Assembly (NCBI GenBank): GCA_965228895.1
Contig: OZ245842.1
Span: 5,152,001 to 5,216,000 of the forward strand
Source of the DNA: Alphaproteobacteria bacterium
GTDB lineage: Bacteria > Pseudomonadota > Alphaproteobacteria > SP197
Length of the DNA: 64,000 bases
Reading direction: 5' to 3'
Part shown: positions 55,947 to 64,000 of the stretch, in pieces
Layout of the letters: each line of letters begins with the position of its first letter
Position numbering within the stretch: position 1 is the first letter of the stretch
Notes under the pieces: model-generated
The model's database searches: none
The model's input: only the letters and a program-made list of their open reading frames with translations
Told to the model about the DNA's origin: nothing
Made by a program: the position numbers and the translations under genes

Positions 55947-57233
55947 TTAGCAAATCCGCCGCAAGCGAACGGCATAGAAGCCGTCCAGACCGCCGCGCTC
56001 GGGCCAGTGGCAGGGTAGGGTCCGCAGCGCGCCCCGGCCGTCGATAAGGCCAGGATCGCCGCCGGTTTCAGGTGGTGTCACGGGGACGATCTCGACATCG
56101 TCGCGACGCGCGAAGAGCGCGTCGGTCTGTGCCGTGCCTTCCTCTTCTTGCAGCGAGCAGACGGCATAGACGACCAGCCCGCCGGGTCGCACCATGGTGA
56201 GCGCATTGTCGATCAGGCGTTTCTGCAGATCCGCCAGACGGGCCACGTCGTCGGGCCTTTTGGTGCGGGCGATATCGGGATGGCGCCGGATCGTGCCGGT
56301 GCCGCTGCATGGCGCATCGATCAGCACGGCATCGGCGGGTGTCTCGGGCTGCCACGTCGTGGCATCAGCGCTGACCGGCGCCGCGGTAAGCGAGAGCCGC
56401 TTGAGGTTTGCCTCAAGTCGAGCGAGGCGTCTGTCGGACAGATCGACCGCAGTGACCCCACCGCCGGCCGCGGCGAGTTGGGCGGTCTTGCCGCCCGGCG
56501 CCGCGCACAGGTCGATCACCGATTGGCCGGTGACATCGCCGAGCAGGCGGGCCGGCATCGCCGCGGCGGCGTCCTGCACCCACCATTGACCGTCCTCAAA
56601 GCCATCGAGCGCGGTGACATCGCCGCCTGGTTCGAGGCGCAGGGAGCCGGTCGGCAAACGCTCGGCCTCCAGTCGGTGCGCCCAGTCGTCGCTATCGCCC
56701 ATGACACTCAGGTCAAGCGGCGCCCGGGTCAGATGGGCCGCGCCGATCGCGCGTGCGGTGGCCTCGCTATAGGCCGCCGTCCAGCTTTCGAACAACCACT
56801 CGGGCGTGTTGAGCAGGATGGCGTCCTGGGTCTCGATCTTAGCCGCACCTTCCCGCTGCAGGCGGCGCAGGACGGCATTGACCAGCTTGGCGAAGGGCGG
56901 ACACATCTGTTTCGCCAAATCGACCGAGGTCGAGATCGCGGCGTGGGGCGCCAGGTCCAGAAACAGGAGCTGCGCGACACCGATACGCAACACCTGGCGC
57001 GCCATCAACGCGCGCTTGGGCAGGCGGCGCTCCAGGCAGGAGCGGATGAGATCGTCGATCTGGCCCAGGCGGCGCAGGGTGTCCGAGGCGATGGCGCGCG
57101 CCAGCGCCCGGTCGCGCGGCTCGAGTCCGCCGAAGACCTTGTCGTTCTCCAGAACATCATCGAGCGGTCGGCGGTGATCGAGCACGGACCCGAGGGCGGC
57201 GAGCGCCACCGCCCGGGCGTTCTCAGGCGTCAC
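55947..57233 (-). CDS. rsmB: RsmB/NOP2 (Sun) family RNA m5C methyltransferase with NusB-like N-terminus
   Basis: 'LVNAVLR', 'VQDAAA', '[10 protein letters not shown]', '[13 protein letters not shown]', 'Y.VCSL..EEG', 'DGFY'. Confidence 0.92.
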   Translation of the reverse strand: MTPENARAVALAALGSVLDHRRPLDDVLENDKVFGGLEPRDRALARAIASDTLRRLGQIDDLIRSCLERRLPKRALMARQVLRIGVAQLLFLDLAPHAAISTSVDLAKQMCPPFAKLVNAVLRRLQREGAAKIETQDAILLNTPEWLFESWTAAYSEATARAIGAAHLTRAPLDLSVMGDSDDWAHRLEAERLPTGSLRLEPGGDVTALDGFEDGQWWVQDAAAAMPARLLGDVTGQSVIDLCAAPGGKTAQLAAAGGGVTAVDLSDRRLARLEANLKRLSLTAAPVSADATTWQPETPADAVLIDAPCSGTGTIRRHPDIARTKRPDDVARLADLQKRLIDNALTMVRPGGLVVYAVCSLQEEEGTAQTDALFARRDDVEIVPVTPPETGGDPGLIDGRGALRTLPCHWPERGGLDGFYAVRLRRIC

Positions 57234-58327
57234 GCGCCGCCCTGGCGCATGGCGAGGTAACCGAGCTCGCTCCAGGGCGCATAGACCTCGCATTCGGCGA
57301 GGTAGGCCATGTGGGAGTCATAGACGCGGCGGGTCAGGTCGTCGGTCGCGGCGAGCGCCTCCAGGACGGCCGCCGTTTCTTCGCGCACCCGCTCGATAAT
57401 CTCGGGCGGAAAGTGGCGGATCTCGACCTCCGGGTCGTCGGCAAGCGCCGGAAACGTCTTGGTGTTGTGGTACTGGAAGTCGGCCGTCGTCTCGAGCGCC
57501 GTGGCGTCGGCGGCGGCCGCCACGATGACTTGCAGGTCATCGGGCAGGGCCTTGAGTTTGTCCTGCCGGACGATGATCTCCAACGACGGGCCGGGTTCAT
57601 GGAAGCCGGGCAAATAATAGTAGCCGGCGACCTTGTTGAGGCCGAACGCAAGATCGTTCCATGGCCCGACCCAGTCGGCGCCGTCGATCGCGCCGGAGGT
57701 CAGGCTGGAGAAGATATCGCCGGGCGGTATCAGCACCGGCTCGACGCCGAGACGCTTCAGAACGTCGGCGCTAAGCCCGGCGATACGGAAGCGCAGGCCG
57801 CGCAGGTCATCCAGCGTCTCGATCGGGCGCTTGAACCAGCCGCCGGCCTGGACGCCGCTGGAGCCGGCATAAAACGGCGTGACGCCAAAGCTGTCATAGA
57901 CCTCCTGCCATAAGGCTTGGCCGCCGCCGAAACGCAGCCAGCTCGTAAACTCCAGGGCCGTCATGCCGAACGGCACGCCGGTGAAGAAGTGCAGCACGGG
58001 CGCTTTGCCCGCCCAGTAATAGGGCGTGCCGTGGGCGAGGTCCGCCGTGCCCTGCTGGACCGCGTCCAGGCTCTCGAACGGCGGCACCAGTTCGCCGGCG
58101 GCATGCAGGTCGATGGTCAGGCGCCCGCCGGACATGGCGCCGACCCGGTCGGCAAAGCGCTGCGCGTTGACGCCGACCCCCGGCGCGCCACGCGGCCAGG
58201 CCGTCACCATGTTCCACACAATCGAATCCTGAGCCCGCGCGACAGCCGGAGCGGCGAGCGGGACGGCCGCGGTCGCGGCCAGAATGCGGCGCCGGCTGAC
58301 GCGGCTTTTGGCTGATAAGCTTGTCAT
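57230..58327 (-). CDS. dctP: TRAP transporter substrate-binding protein (DctP/TakP type), Tat-exported
   Basis: 'SRRRIL...LAAPAVARA' Tat signal; 'SGGRL', 'GELVP', 'YYWAGK', 'GGWFK', 'FRIAG', 'WVGPWND', 'PGFHEP'. Confidence 0.9.
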   Translation of the reverse strand: MTSLSAKSRVSRRRILAATAAVPLAAPAVARAQDSIVWNMVTAWPRGAPGVGVNAQRFADRVGAMSGGRLTIDLHAAGELVPPFESLDAVQQGTADLAHGTPYYWAGKAPVLHFFTGVPFGMTALEFTSWLRFGGGQALWQEVYDSFGVTPFYAGSSGVQAGGWFKRPIETLDDLRGLRFRIAGLSADVLKRLGVEPVLIPPGDIFSSLTSGAIDGADWVGPWNDLAFGLNKVAGYYYLPGFHEPGPSLEIIVRQDKLKALPDDLQVIVAAAADATALETTADFQYHNTKTFPALADDPEVEIRHFPPEIIERVREETAAVLEALAATDDLTRRVYDSHMAYLAECEVYAPWSELGYLAMRQGGA

Positions 58328-58367
58328 GGCGCCATACTGACGCGACAGCTCGTGCTCGACCAGCCTG

Positions 58368-59216
58368 TTAACCCCAAGGCCCGGCGGCGCCGGCCATCTC
58401 GCGCAGGCGCGCGACGCGTTCGGCGGTGCGCGGGTGGGTGCTGAACAGTCCGTCGATGTTGTGGGCGTGCAGCGGGTTGACGATGAACATATGGGCGGTC
58501 GCCGGGTTGTCTTCGGCTTCGCGGTTGTCGATGCGCGAGCCGCGCTCAAGTTTCTCCAGTGCCGAGGCAAGCCACAGGGGATGACCGCAGATCTCCGCGC
58601 CGATCTTGTCGGCCTCGTATTCCCGGGTCCGGCTGATCGCCATCTGTACAAGCGCCGCGGCCAGCGGCGCCAGGATCATCATCAAGATGACGCCGATCAG
58701 CCCAAGCGGATTGTTGCGGCTGCCGCCAAAGAAGATCGCGAAGTTGGCCAACAGTGTCAACGCGCCCGCGATGGTCGCCGTGATCGTCATGATCAAGGTG
58801 TCGCGGTTCTTCACGTGGGCGAGTTCGTGCGCCATGACGCCGGCGATCTCCTCCGACGTCATGTTTTTCAGGAGACCGGTCGTTGCCGCGACCGCCGCGT
58901 TCTCCGGGTTGCGGCCGGTGGCGAAGGCGTTCGGCTGCGGCGTGTCGATGACATAGACCTTGGGCATCGGCAGATCGGCGCGTTGGGCCATTTGTTCGAC
59001 AAGGCCATAGAAGTCCGGGGCGTTCTGGCGGTTGACCTCGCGCGCCTTGTACATCTTCAGCACCATGGAACCGGAGTTCCACCAGGCGAACAGGTTCATG
59101 CCGCAGGCGGCCACCAACGCGATCAGCATGCCGGCCTCACCGGCCAGCATGAATCCGGCGCCGATAAACAGGGCGGTCATCGCCGCCATCAGCATGAAGG
59201 TCTTGATTTGGTTCAT
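58368..59216 (-). CDS. htpX: Zinc metalloprotease HtpX
   Basis: '[10 protein letters not shown]', 'GVMAHELAH', '[10 protein letters not shown]', 'FSTHP'. Confidence 0.96.
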   Translation of the reverse strand: MNQIKTFMLMAAMTALFIGAGFMLAGEAGMLIALVAACGMNLFAWWNSGSMVLKMYKAREVNRQNAPDFYGLVEQMAQRADLPMPKVYVIDTPQPNAFATGRNPENAAVAATTGLLKNMTSEEIAGVMAHELAHVKNRDTLIMTITATIAGALTLLANFAIFFGGSRNNPLGLIGVILMMILAPLAAALVQMAISRTREYEADKIGAEICGHPLWLASALEKLERGSRIDNREAEDNPATAHMFIVNPLHAHNIDGLFSTHPRTAERVARLREMAGAAGPWG

Positions 59217-59256
59217 ATTCTCTACCGTTCCTTTGCCCTCGTGTGGCCCCGCATGC

Positions 59257-59286
59257 ATGTGGGGATGGCAGTCCCCAGCGGTCAAG
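59257..59286 (-). promoter_or_regulatory. Putative RpoH (sigma32) promoter of htpX
   Basis: Minus strand CTTGAC-N16-CCCCACAT about 40 bp upstream of the htpX ATG. Confidence 0.45.
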
Positions 59287-59352
59287 ATGCAGGGCCCTCG
59301 ATTGGACCCACGGGCCCGAATCCACTACCCTGGCGCGGAAGCGAGAGGGGCC

Positions 59353-59706
59353 ATGCCTCAAGAGAACGTTGAGGAGAAGCTACGCAAACGACGCGACGAA
59401 GCAGCCATGCTGCGCCGGGCGGCGCGTTCGACGACGCCCAGGGCCTACCAGACACGCAAGGTCGAGCGGCCTGTGACGTTCGAGCATGACCCGACCATCG
59501 ATGCCCAGGAGACCTACACCAATCTTTTCGGTGCCTTCACCAGCGGCACCACCATGCGCGAACATATTGCCAACGCGATGGTGCTGGGTGCCAATCTCTT
59601 CGCTTATCTCCTGCTCGCCACCGTTTTGAGCGTGGCGCAATGCTCTCTGTGGTATGAACCCGGCATGTATTCCGATCCCGATCGCGTTCAATCAACGGGC
59701 CGCTGA
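59353..59706 (+). CDS. Hypothetical protein with C-terminal TM segment
   Basis: ATG preceded by GAGAGGGG; ends 2 bp before the DUF1674 gene; hydrophobic '[18 protein letters not shown]'. Confidence 0.55.
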   Translation: MPQENVEEKLRKRRDEAAMLRRAARSTTPRAYQTRKVERPVTFEHDPTIDAQETYTNLFGAFTSGTTMREHIANAMVLGANLFAYLLLATVLSVAQCSLWYEPGMYSDPDRVQSTGR

Positions 59707-59708
59707 AC

Positions 59709-59873
59709 ATGAGTGACAACAAGCAAAAGACAGACGAGACGGGCAAGAAACCCGCGACCAAACGAGTGGGACCGGACGGCAAGCCGTTGCCTGAAGAAAT
59801 CGGTGGGCCGAAAGGGCCGGAACCCACACGTTATGGCGACTGGGAGGTCAACGGCCGGGTCTCCGACTTCTGA
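59709..59873 (+). CDS. DUF1674 / SDHAF4-like small protein (54 aa)
   Basis: Hand translation: [54 protein letters not shown]; hallmark '[19 protein letters not shown]'. Below the ORF-track cutoff. Confidence 0.93.
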   Translation: MSDNKQKTDETGKKPATKRVGPDGKPLPEEIGGPKGPEPTRYGDWEVNGRVSDF

Positions 59874-59878
59874 CCGGG

Positions 59879-60817
59879 ATGAACCGCGTCGAGCGCCTTT
59901 GCCGCTGGGGCCTGCTGGCGGCGATGCTGGTGCTGGGCGCCTGCGCCGACAGACTTTCCGATGCCTCGCTGCCGGACAACCCGGATGTTCAGGAGACCGT
60001 GCGCCTGGCGCGCGAAGGCGATCCCATCGCCCAGACGGTCATGGGCAATCTTTATGAGACCAACGTGTTCGGTGCGCCCGACTACCGGCGCGCGGCGGCC
60101 TGGTACATGGAAGCCGCACGCCAGGACGACGCGCTCGCCAGGTATTTTCTCGGCAACCTTTATGAGCGCGGCCTCGGTGTCGATCGCGACTACGCGACGG
60201 CTGCGGCGCTCTACAAGTCCGCCGCCGATGGCGGCAACACCAGCGCGGCGTTCAAGCTCGGCTACTTTCACGAAAAGGGCCTGGGTGTCGCCCAGGACTT
60301 TGCAGCAGCCCGGCGCTGGTACGACGTGGCCGAGCAGGGCTGGACCGGCCAGCGGGTTCAGCCGTTGCAGCCGGAATATTTGGTCGTTGCGCCGGCCGCT
60401 GGCCCAGCCGAACCGGAGACCATAACGCTGGTGCCGGTCGCCAGCTTGGCGTCGCTGCCGGTCACCTTTCAGCCGGCCGATAGCGCGACGCCCGCGGACG
60501 TTGCCACCGCCGGTACCACGGTTGCCGACGTCGCGCCTTCGCCGGCGGCGGCACCTGGGTTCTATCTTCATCTGGCGTCGCAGCGCGACCAGAACGAGGC
60601 GCTTGCCGCCTGGCAGGACGCCCATGACCGGTTCCCGGATTTGCTGGATGGCCTGACCGTGGCGCTTGCCAAACTCGATCTCGGCGCCGGTGCGGGCGTC
60701 TACTATCAGGTGCTGGCTGGGCCGATCGCGGCGGAAGAAGACGCGGACATTATCTGCGCGCGCCTTCAACCACAGGACCAGTACTGCGATCCCATACCGC
60801 TGACTGACCTTCCCTAA
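59879..60817 (+). CDS. Sel1-repeat + SPOR domain lipoprotein
   Basis: Lipobox 'LGAC'; Sel1 repeats ('LGNLYERGLGVDRDY', 'LGYFHEKGLGVAQD'); Pro/Ala linker; SPOR-like 'YLHLAS...GVYYQVLAGP...C..L'. Confidence 0.85.
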   Translation: MNRVERLCRWGLLAAMLVLGACADRLSDASLPDNPDVQETVRLAREGDPIAQTVMGNLYETNVFGAPDYRRAAAWYMEAARQDDALARYFLGNLYERGLGVDRDYATAAALYKSAADGGNTSAAFKLGYFHEKGLGVAQDFAAARRWYDVAEQGWTGQRVQPLQPEYLVVAPAAGPAEPETITLVPVASLASLPVTFQPADSATPADVATAGTTVADVAPSPAAAPGFYLHLASQRDQNEALAAWQDAHDRFPDLLDGLTVALAKLDLGAGAGVYYQVLAGPIAAEEDADIICARLQPQDQYCDPIPLTDLP

Positions 60818-61781
60818 TCAGCGCTACGGTCCCGCCGCCGGCGGAGACCATCTGCAGCATGACTGGATGAAGCCATGCGGCGGCATCATCGCAATAGAGG
60901 ATAGGCTGTGATGTTGTCGTCAAATCGCCAGCCTCGAGCGCGATGTCATAGGTTGTGATAGCCCGCGGCGCCGAGACGTCCGCTGCCGTCTGCTCACAAT
61001 CAAACGCCTCCGGCGCCATGACATAGAGTACCGGTAAAACGTCGAAGGGCCGAAAACCGTCGGCCCAGAAGACGTATCGCCAAACGAGTAGCCAGGGTTC
61101 GCTTATCTCGGCGAGTTCGCGGGCAAAGCCACCTCGGTGTTCAAGCTGCGCCAGATCGTCTGTCGTCACAACGATCTCGGCGCTCGCGCTGAACGCGATG
61201 ACCGTCAGGGGAATGCCGCTGGCCAGCACGGTCCGAACGGCCTCGGGGTCTTTGCGCACATTCATGTCGTGCAGATGCATCAGGGGATTGTCACCGACGC
61301 CGAACACCTCGCCCGGCCGGCGCCCCATGACTGCGACAATCTGTGAGATCCCTTGCGCCGCTTGAGGATGGTTGCGGATGAGCGTCGCAATATTGGTCAA
61401 AGGACCAAGCGCAAGAACGGTCAGGGGTTGCTGCTCCAACGCCGTCACCATGGCATCGACTGCAGGACTGGATTCGCCGGAAGTGGCCTCCGCAGCGCCA
61501 CGATGGATGGCGAGGACGCCATCTGGCTGTGACAGGTCAAGCATGCGCAGGGCCGACTGATGGGTGCGGGCGATATCCGCGTTGCCAAACACCGTGCTGA
61601 TGCCGCGAACGTCGAGATCCCCGGACTTGAGCGCTAGACCGAGCGCCCAGCAGTCGTCGACATCTTGGAACCACTCCTTATCGCAGGCCGCATCGGTGTC
61701 GATCCATACCGGCAGATCAGCATGCGCGGATGTCGGCCACACAAGAGAAATGGCAACAACGGCGGCGCCCAGCCGTGTCAT
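60750..61781 (-). CDS. Inosine/uridine-preferring nucleoside hydrolase family, with signal peptide
   Basis: 'IDTD...DVDD', 'ISTVFGN', 'LGPLTNIA', 'NVRKDPEA'; N-terminal signal peptide ending 'AHA'. Confidence 0.85.
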   Translation of the reverse strand: MTRLGAAVVAISLVWPTSAHADLPVWIDTDAACDKEWFQDVDDCWALGLALKSGDLDVRGISTVFGNADIARTHQSALRMLDLSQPDGVLAIHRGAAEATSGESSPAVDAMVTALEQQPLTVLALGPLTNIATLIRNHPQAAQGISQIVAVMGRRPGEVFGVGDNPLMHLHDMNVRKDPEAVRTVLASGIPLTVIAFSASAEIVVTTDDLAQLEHRGGFARELAEISEPWLLVWRYVFWADGFRPFDVLPVLYVMAPEAFDCEQTAADVSAPRAITTYDIALEAGDLTTTSQPILYCDDAAAWLHPVMLQMVSAGGGTVALIREGQSAVWDRSTGPVVEGARR

Positions 61782-62464
61782 GGTTCGGGCTCCGGCCGCT
61801 TGCCGATGACGCAGATTGCCGCGGGTGATAGCTCCTGCAGGGTCTCGATCTGAATGGCGATGAGACCCGCGCGACGCATGTCGTCGGCCATTGCATCGCC
61901 GGCCGCCCGCACCGCAGCGTCCGTCTGTTCGCCCATGCGCGGCTGGAAGGTGAGCAGGGTTTCTCCGCCAGGCGCCAGGCGCTTGCTAAGCGCCGTCAGT
62001 ACTTCGACCGGGTCGCGCCAGAACATGGCGACGTTAATGCCGAAGATTCGATCGAATGGACCGGTGAGTGCAGGGTCGCGCCATGCGACGTCATCGCCGA
62101 CCGTGCCGACAAAAAGGCGCAGTCTTCCGTTTGCAACCATGTGCCGGTTGCGCCTTGCGGCCATGGCGCGCATCGCCGGCGCGTGATCGATGCCGACCGC
62201 CGTGCCGCGATCCAAAAAACGGCAGGCTTCTTTCAGCGCAATTCCCGGTCCAAATCCGACCTCCAGAACCCGATGCTCCGGTTCCAGCCCCATCAGCTCG
62301 ACCGTCCAGATGTTGCGCCGGCGGTTCGACGAGCGCCGGGCCATGATCAATCCGGCGACCCTGCCCATGACGCCATGGGGTTGACGGAACTGGCCGATCA
62401 CGTATCGCTTGATCGCTCCGCGCGGGTTGGCGCGTTGCGGGTCCGGTTGGGCCACGTCAGTCAT
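61778..62464 (-). CDS. Class I SAM-dependent methyltransferase
   Basis: 'QFRQPHG..GR..G..M', 'VLEVGFGPG', 'GIDH', 'FWRDP', 'LAPGG'. Confidence 0.88.
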   Translation of the reverse strand: MTDVAQPDPQRANPRGAIKRYVIGQFRQPHGVMGRVAGLIMARRSSNRRRNIWTVELMGLEPEHRVLEVGFGPGIALKEACRFLDRGTAVGIDHAPAMRAMAARRNRHMVANGRLRLFVGTVGDDVAWRDPALTGPFDRIFGINVAMFWRDPVEVLTALSKRLAPGGETLLTFQPRMGEQTDAAVRAAGDAMADDMRRAGLIAIQIETLQELSPAAICVIGKRPEPEP

Positions 62465-62699
62465 GGCGGCGGTGTCCCGCGCCAACGCGCACCAGGAAGC
62501 CGACAAGGCCCGCGAACATGACCATGCCCAGAGCCTGTTTCATGCGCAGATCCGGCGCGCCGAAAAGGTCGGGCGCGAACATGTTCCATGAAACGTGGGT
62601 CAGAACTGCCAGGCCGAGACCGATCGCGATGATCTTCGCCGTTGCTAGAGCGTATCGTTTGATCGGGCGGTTGCTGGTGATGTGATGGGTGTCGGTCAT
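62457..62699 (-). CDS. Small two-TM membrane protein
   Basis: 80 aa with two hydrophobic helices; 7 bp gap to the MarR gene and 8 bp overlap with the methyltransferase. Confidence 0.65.
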   Translation of the reverse strand: MTDTHHITSNRPIKRYALATAKIIAIGLGLAVLTHVSWNMFAPDLFGAPDLRMKQALGMVMFAGLVGFLVRVGAGHRRHD

Positions 62700-62706
62700 G
62701 GATCGG

Positions 62707-63189
62707 TCACTCCTCTTTGTGTGGTTGGGTGGCGCAGATGGCGCGCCATGCGGGACTGTCGAGGGCAGCGCCCAGGCTCCGTAGAACGGCGGTCGCCGAC
62801 GCCATCTGCTCTGGCGTCAGATCAAGGTCTAAACGCTTAAAGGCGCCTGCCTCGCGAGCGCGCATTGCGGCGAACGTCGTGCGGCCGTGTTCGGTGGGCG
62901 AGACCAGCACCGAACGTTTATGGGCGGGGTTCTCAAGCGTTTCCACGTAACCGCCTTCCAGGAGCTCGTTCACCAGAACCTGGATGTGTTGGCGGCTTAC
63001 CGGTCGGACCCGTGCCATCTGCGGCACGGTTTGGGGGCCACCTTCGATGACACTTTCCAGAACCGCGCGCATGCCTGCCGAGACGTCGCCGTCCCCGTGC
63101 AGGGTGCTGACGGCATGGCTGAGCTTGTGAAACAGCCGGCGCACCGCCAAGGCCAGGGGATACAAACCTTCGATTTGTTCTCTGTTCAT
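62707..63189 (-). CDS. MarR family transcriptional regulator
   Basis: 'GPQTVPQMAR...VSRQHIQ..VNEL...G.V....NPAHKRS.LV..T..G'. Confidence 0.92.
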   Translation of the reverse strand: MNREQIEGLYPLALAVRRLFHKLSHAVSTLHGDGDVSAGMRAVLESVIEGGPQTVPQMARVRPVSRQHIQVLVNELLEGGYVETLENPAHKRSVLVSPTEHGRTTFAAMRAREAGAFKRLDLDLTPEQMASATAVLRSLGAALDSPAWRAICATQPHKEE

Positions 63190-63218
63190 GCTGTTCCCGC
63201 TCGACCACGCAGCATATT

Positions 63219-63255
63219 TGACAATTAACATGTCGTTATGACAATGTTATTGTCA
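63219..63255. promoter_or_regulatory. Tandem palindromic operators (probable MarR autoregulation)
   Basis: Perfect-arm TGACAAT-GTT-ATTGTCA (63239-63255) and degenerate TGACAAT-TAA-CATGTCG (63219-63235), 20 bp apart, 30-66 bp upstream of the MarR start. Confidence 0.7.
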
Positions 63256-63268
63256 AGTGGTGTTTGAC

Positions 63269-63300
63269 AAAAAAGACCCTCGGCTTGCAACGCCGGGGCC
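63269..63300 (-). terminator. Rho-independent terminator
   Basis: Minus strand GGCCCCGGC-GTTGCAA-GCCGAGGGTC followed by TTTTTT, downstream of the PNPOx-like gene. Confidence 0.7.
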
Positions 63301-63324
63301 CCGCAGTCTGTTGAGTACTGGGTC

Positions 63325-63978
63325 TTAGCCGAACGCGATCTTGGCCAGATGCTCCGGTTGCGCGACGCCTGCCTTCAGCCGCTCGTCGTCGATCGGCGGG
63401 TCGATCACCGTGCGCACCGGCACGACGCCCGCCCAGATATCGAGCGCGTAATCCTCCTCGTCATCGGACGGGCCACCGACACGGATCTTGGCCGAGGCTT
63501 CGTCGATCTCCATGGCGACCACCGTCGTCGCCTTGAGTTCCTGGTCCAACACGGGCCTTAAGGTCGGCCAGCGTCCGGGCGTGATGTGATCGACAAAGGC
63601 CTCCAGCGCGGCGAGCTTGGCGGCCTTGTCCTCCACGATGTGGGCATGGCCGAACAAGGTTGCCGAGCGATAGTTGATGCTGGAATGCATGCCGGACCGC
63701 GCCAACACCAAGCCGTCCAGATGGAAGATGTTGACGCAGACCGGAATGCCCGTCTTCACCGTGCGCAGCATGCGGCTTGCCGACGACCCGTGCCAATAAA
63801 GCTGATCACCTTCACGCCACATGCTGGTCGGCGTCAGGTAGGGCTCGTCGTCGATGATGTAGCCGACCGTGCCCATGATCGCGGCATCGATAACCGTATA
63901 GAGCGTGTCGCGATCATAGTGGCCGCGTTCGTGCAGGCGCTTGACCCGCGTCTTCTTGCTGGGGGTGAAGTCGTTCAT
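63325..63978 (-). CDS. Pyridoxamine 5'-phosphate oxidase-like FMN-binding protein (NimA-like)
   Basis: 'RGHYD', 'YWHGSSASRM', 'DGLVLARS..HSSINYRS', 'PGRW..LRP....ELKAT', 'WAGVVP'. Confidence 0.9.
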   Translation of the reverse strand: MNDFTPSKKTRVKRLHERGHYDRDTLYTVIDAAIMGTVGYIIDDEPYLTPTSMWREGDQLYWHGSSASRMLRTVKTGIPVCVNIFHLDGLVLARSGMHSSINYRSATLFGHAHIVEDKAAKLAALEAFVDHITPGRWPTLRPVLDQELKATTVVAMEIDEASAKIRVGGPSDDEEDYALDIWAGVVPVRTVIDPPIDDERLKAGVAQPEHLAKIAFG

Positions 63979-64000
63979 GCGTTCATCCAGGTTTGCGGCC

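Noticed and set aside
1-64000. CRISPR arrays, tRNA/rRNA genes, transposases, integrases, prophage or defence genes, phase-variable homopolymer tracts
   Set aside because: No repeat-spacer periodicity or RNA-gene signatures were seen, nearly all sequence is accounted for by other CDSs, and no long poly-G/C runs were noticed. Manual inspection only.

Overview
GC-rich alphaproteobacterial (Rhodospirillales-like) chromosomal window. Bases ~50-53,543 form a very large surface-glycan locus. Its head carries an O-antigen ligase-like gene, kpsF, an RfaH-like NusG paralog and an EPS-type winged-helix regulator. A ~47 kb co-oriented run (6321-53543) follows, containing: a full pseudaminic acid pathway (pseB, pseC, pseF, pseG-pseH fusion, pseI, WbuXYZ-like amidotransferase trio, methylase); a synthase-less oxidase/aminotransferase/acetyltransferase/cytidylyltransferase module; a PglK-like ABC flippase; a four-enzyme phosphoramidate pathway resembling Campylobacter Cj1418-Cj1415, interrupted by an SGNH protein and a non-canonical sulfatase-fold protein; a second ulosonate pathway built on a NeuB-SAF-cupin fusion with HAD and NeuA genes; and many glycosyl-, methyl- and AsnB-type amidotransferases. 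Non-coding signals include an ops/JUMPstart-like leader, a promoter-operator motif shared by the regulator and pseB, and a GANTC-rich double-hairpin repeat. The right end is mostly housekeeping (heparinase II/III-like, rpe, rsmB, dctP, htpX, DUF1674), followed by a small MarR-controlled islet with a secreted nucleoside hydrolase. No RNA genes, CRISPR arrays or transposases were seen. All product calls rest on motif recognition by eye, not database searches.
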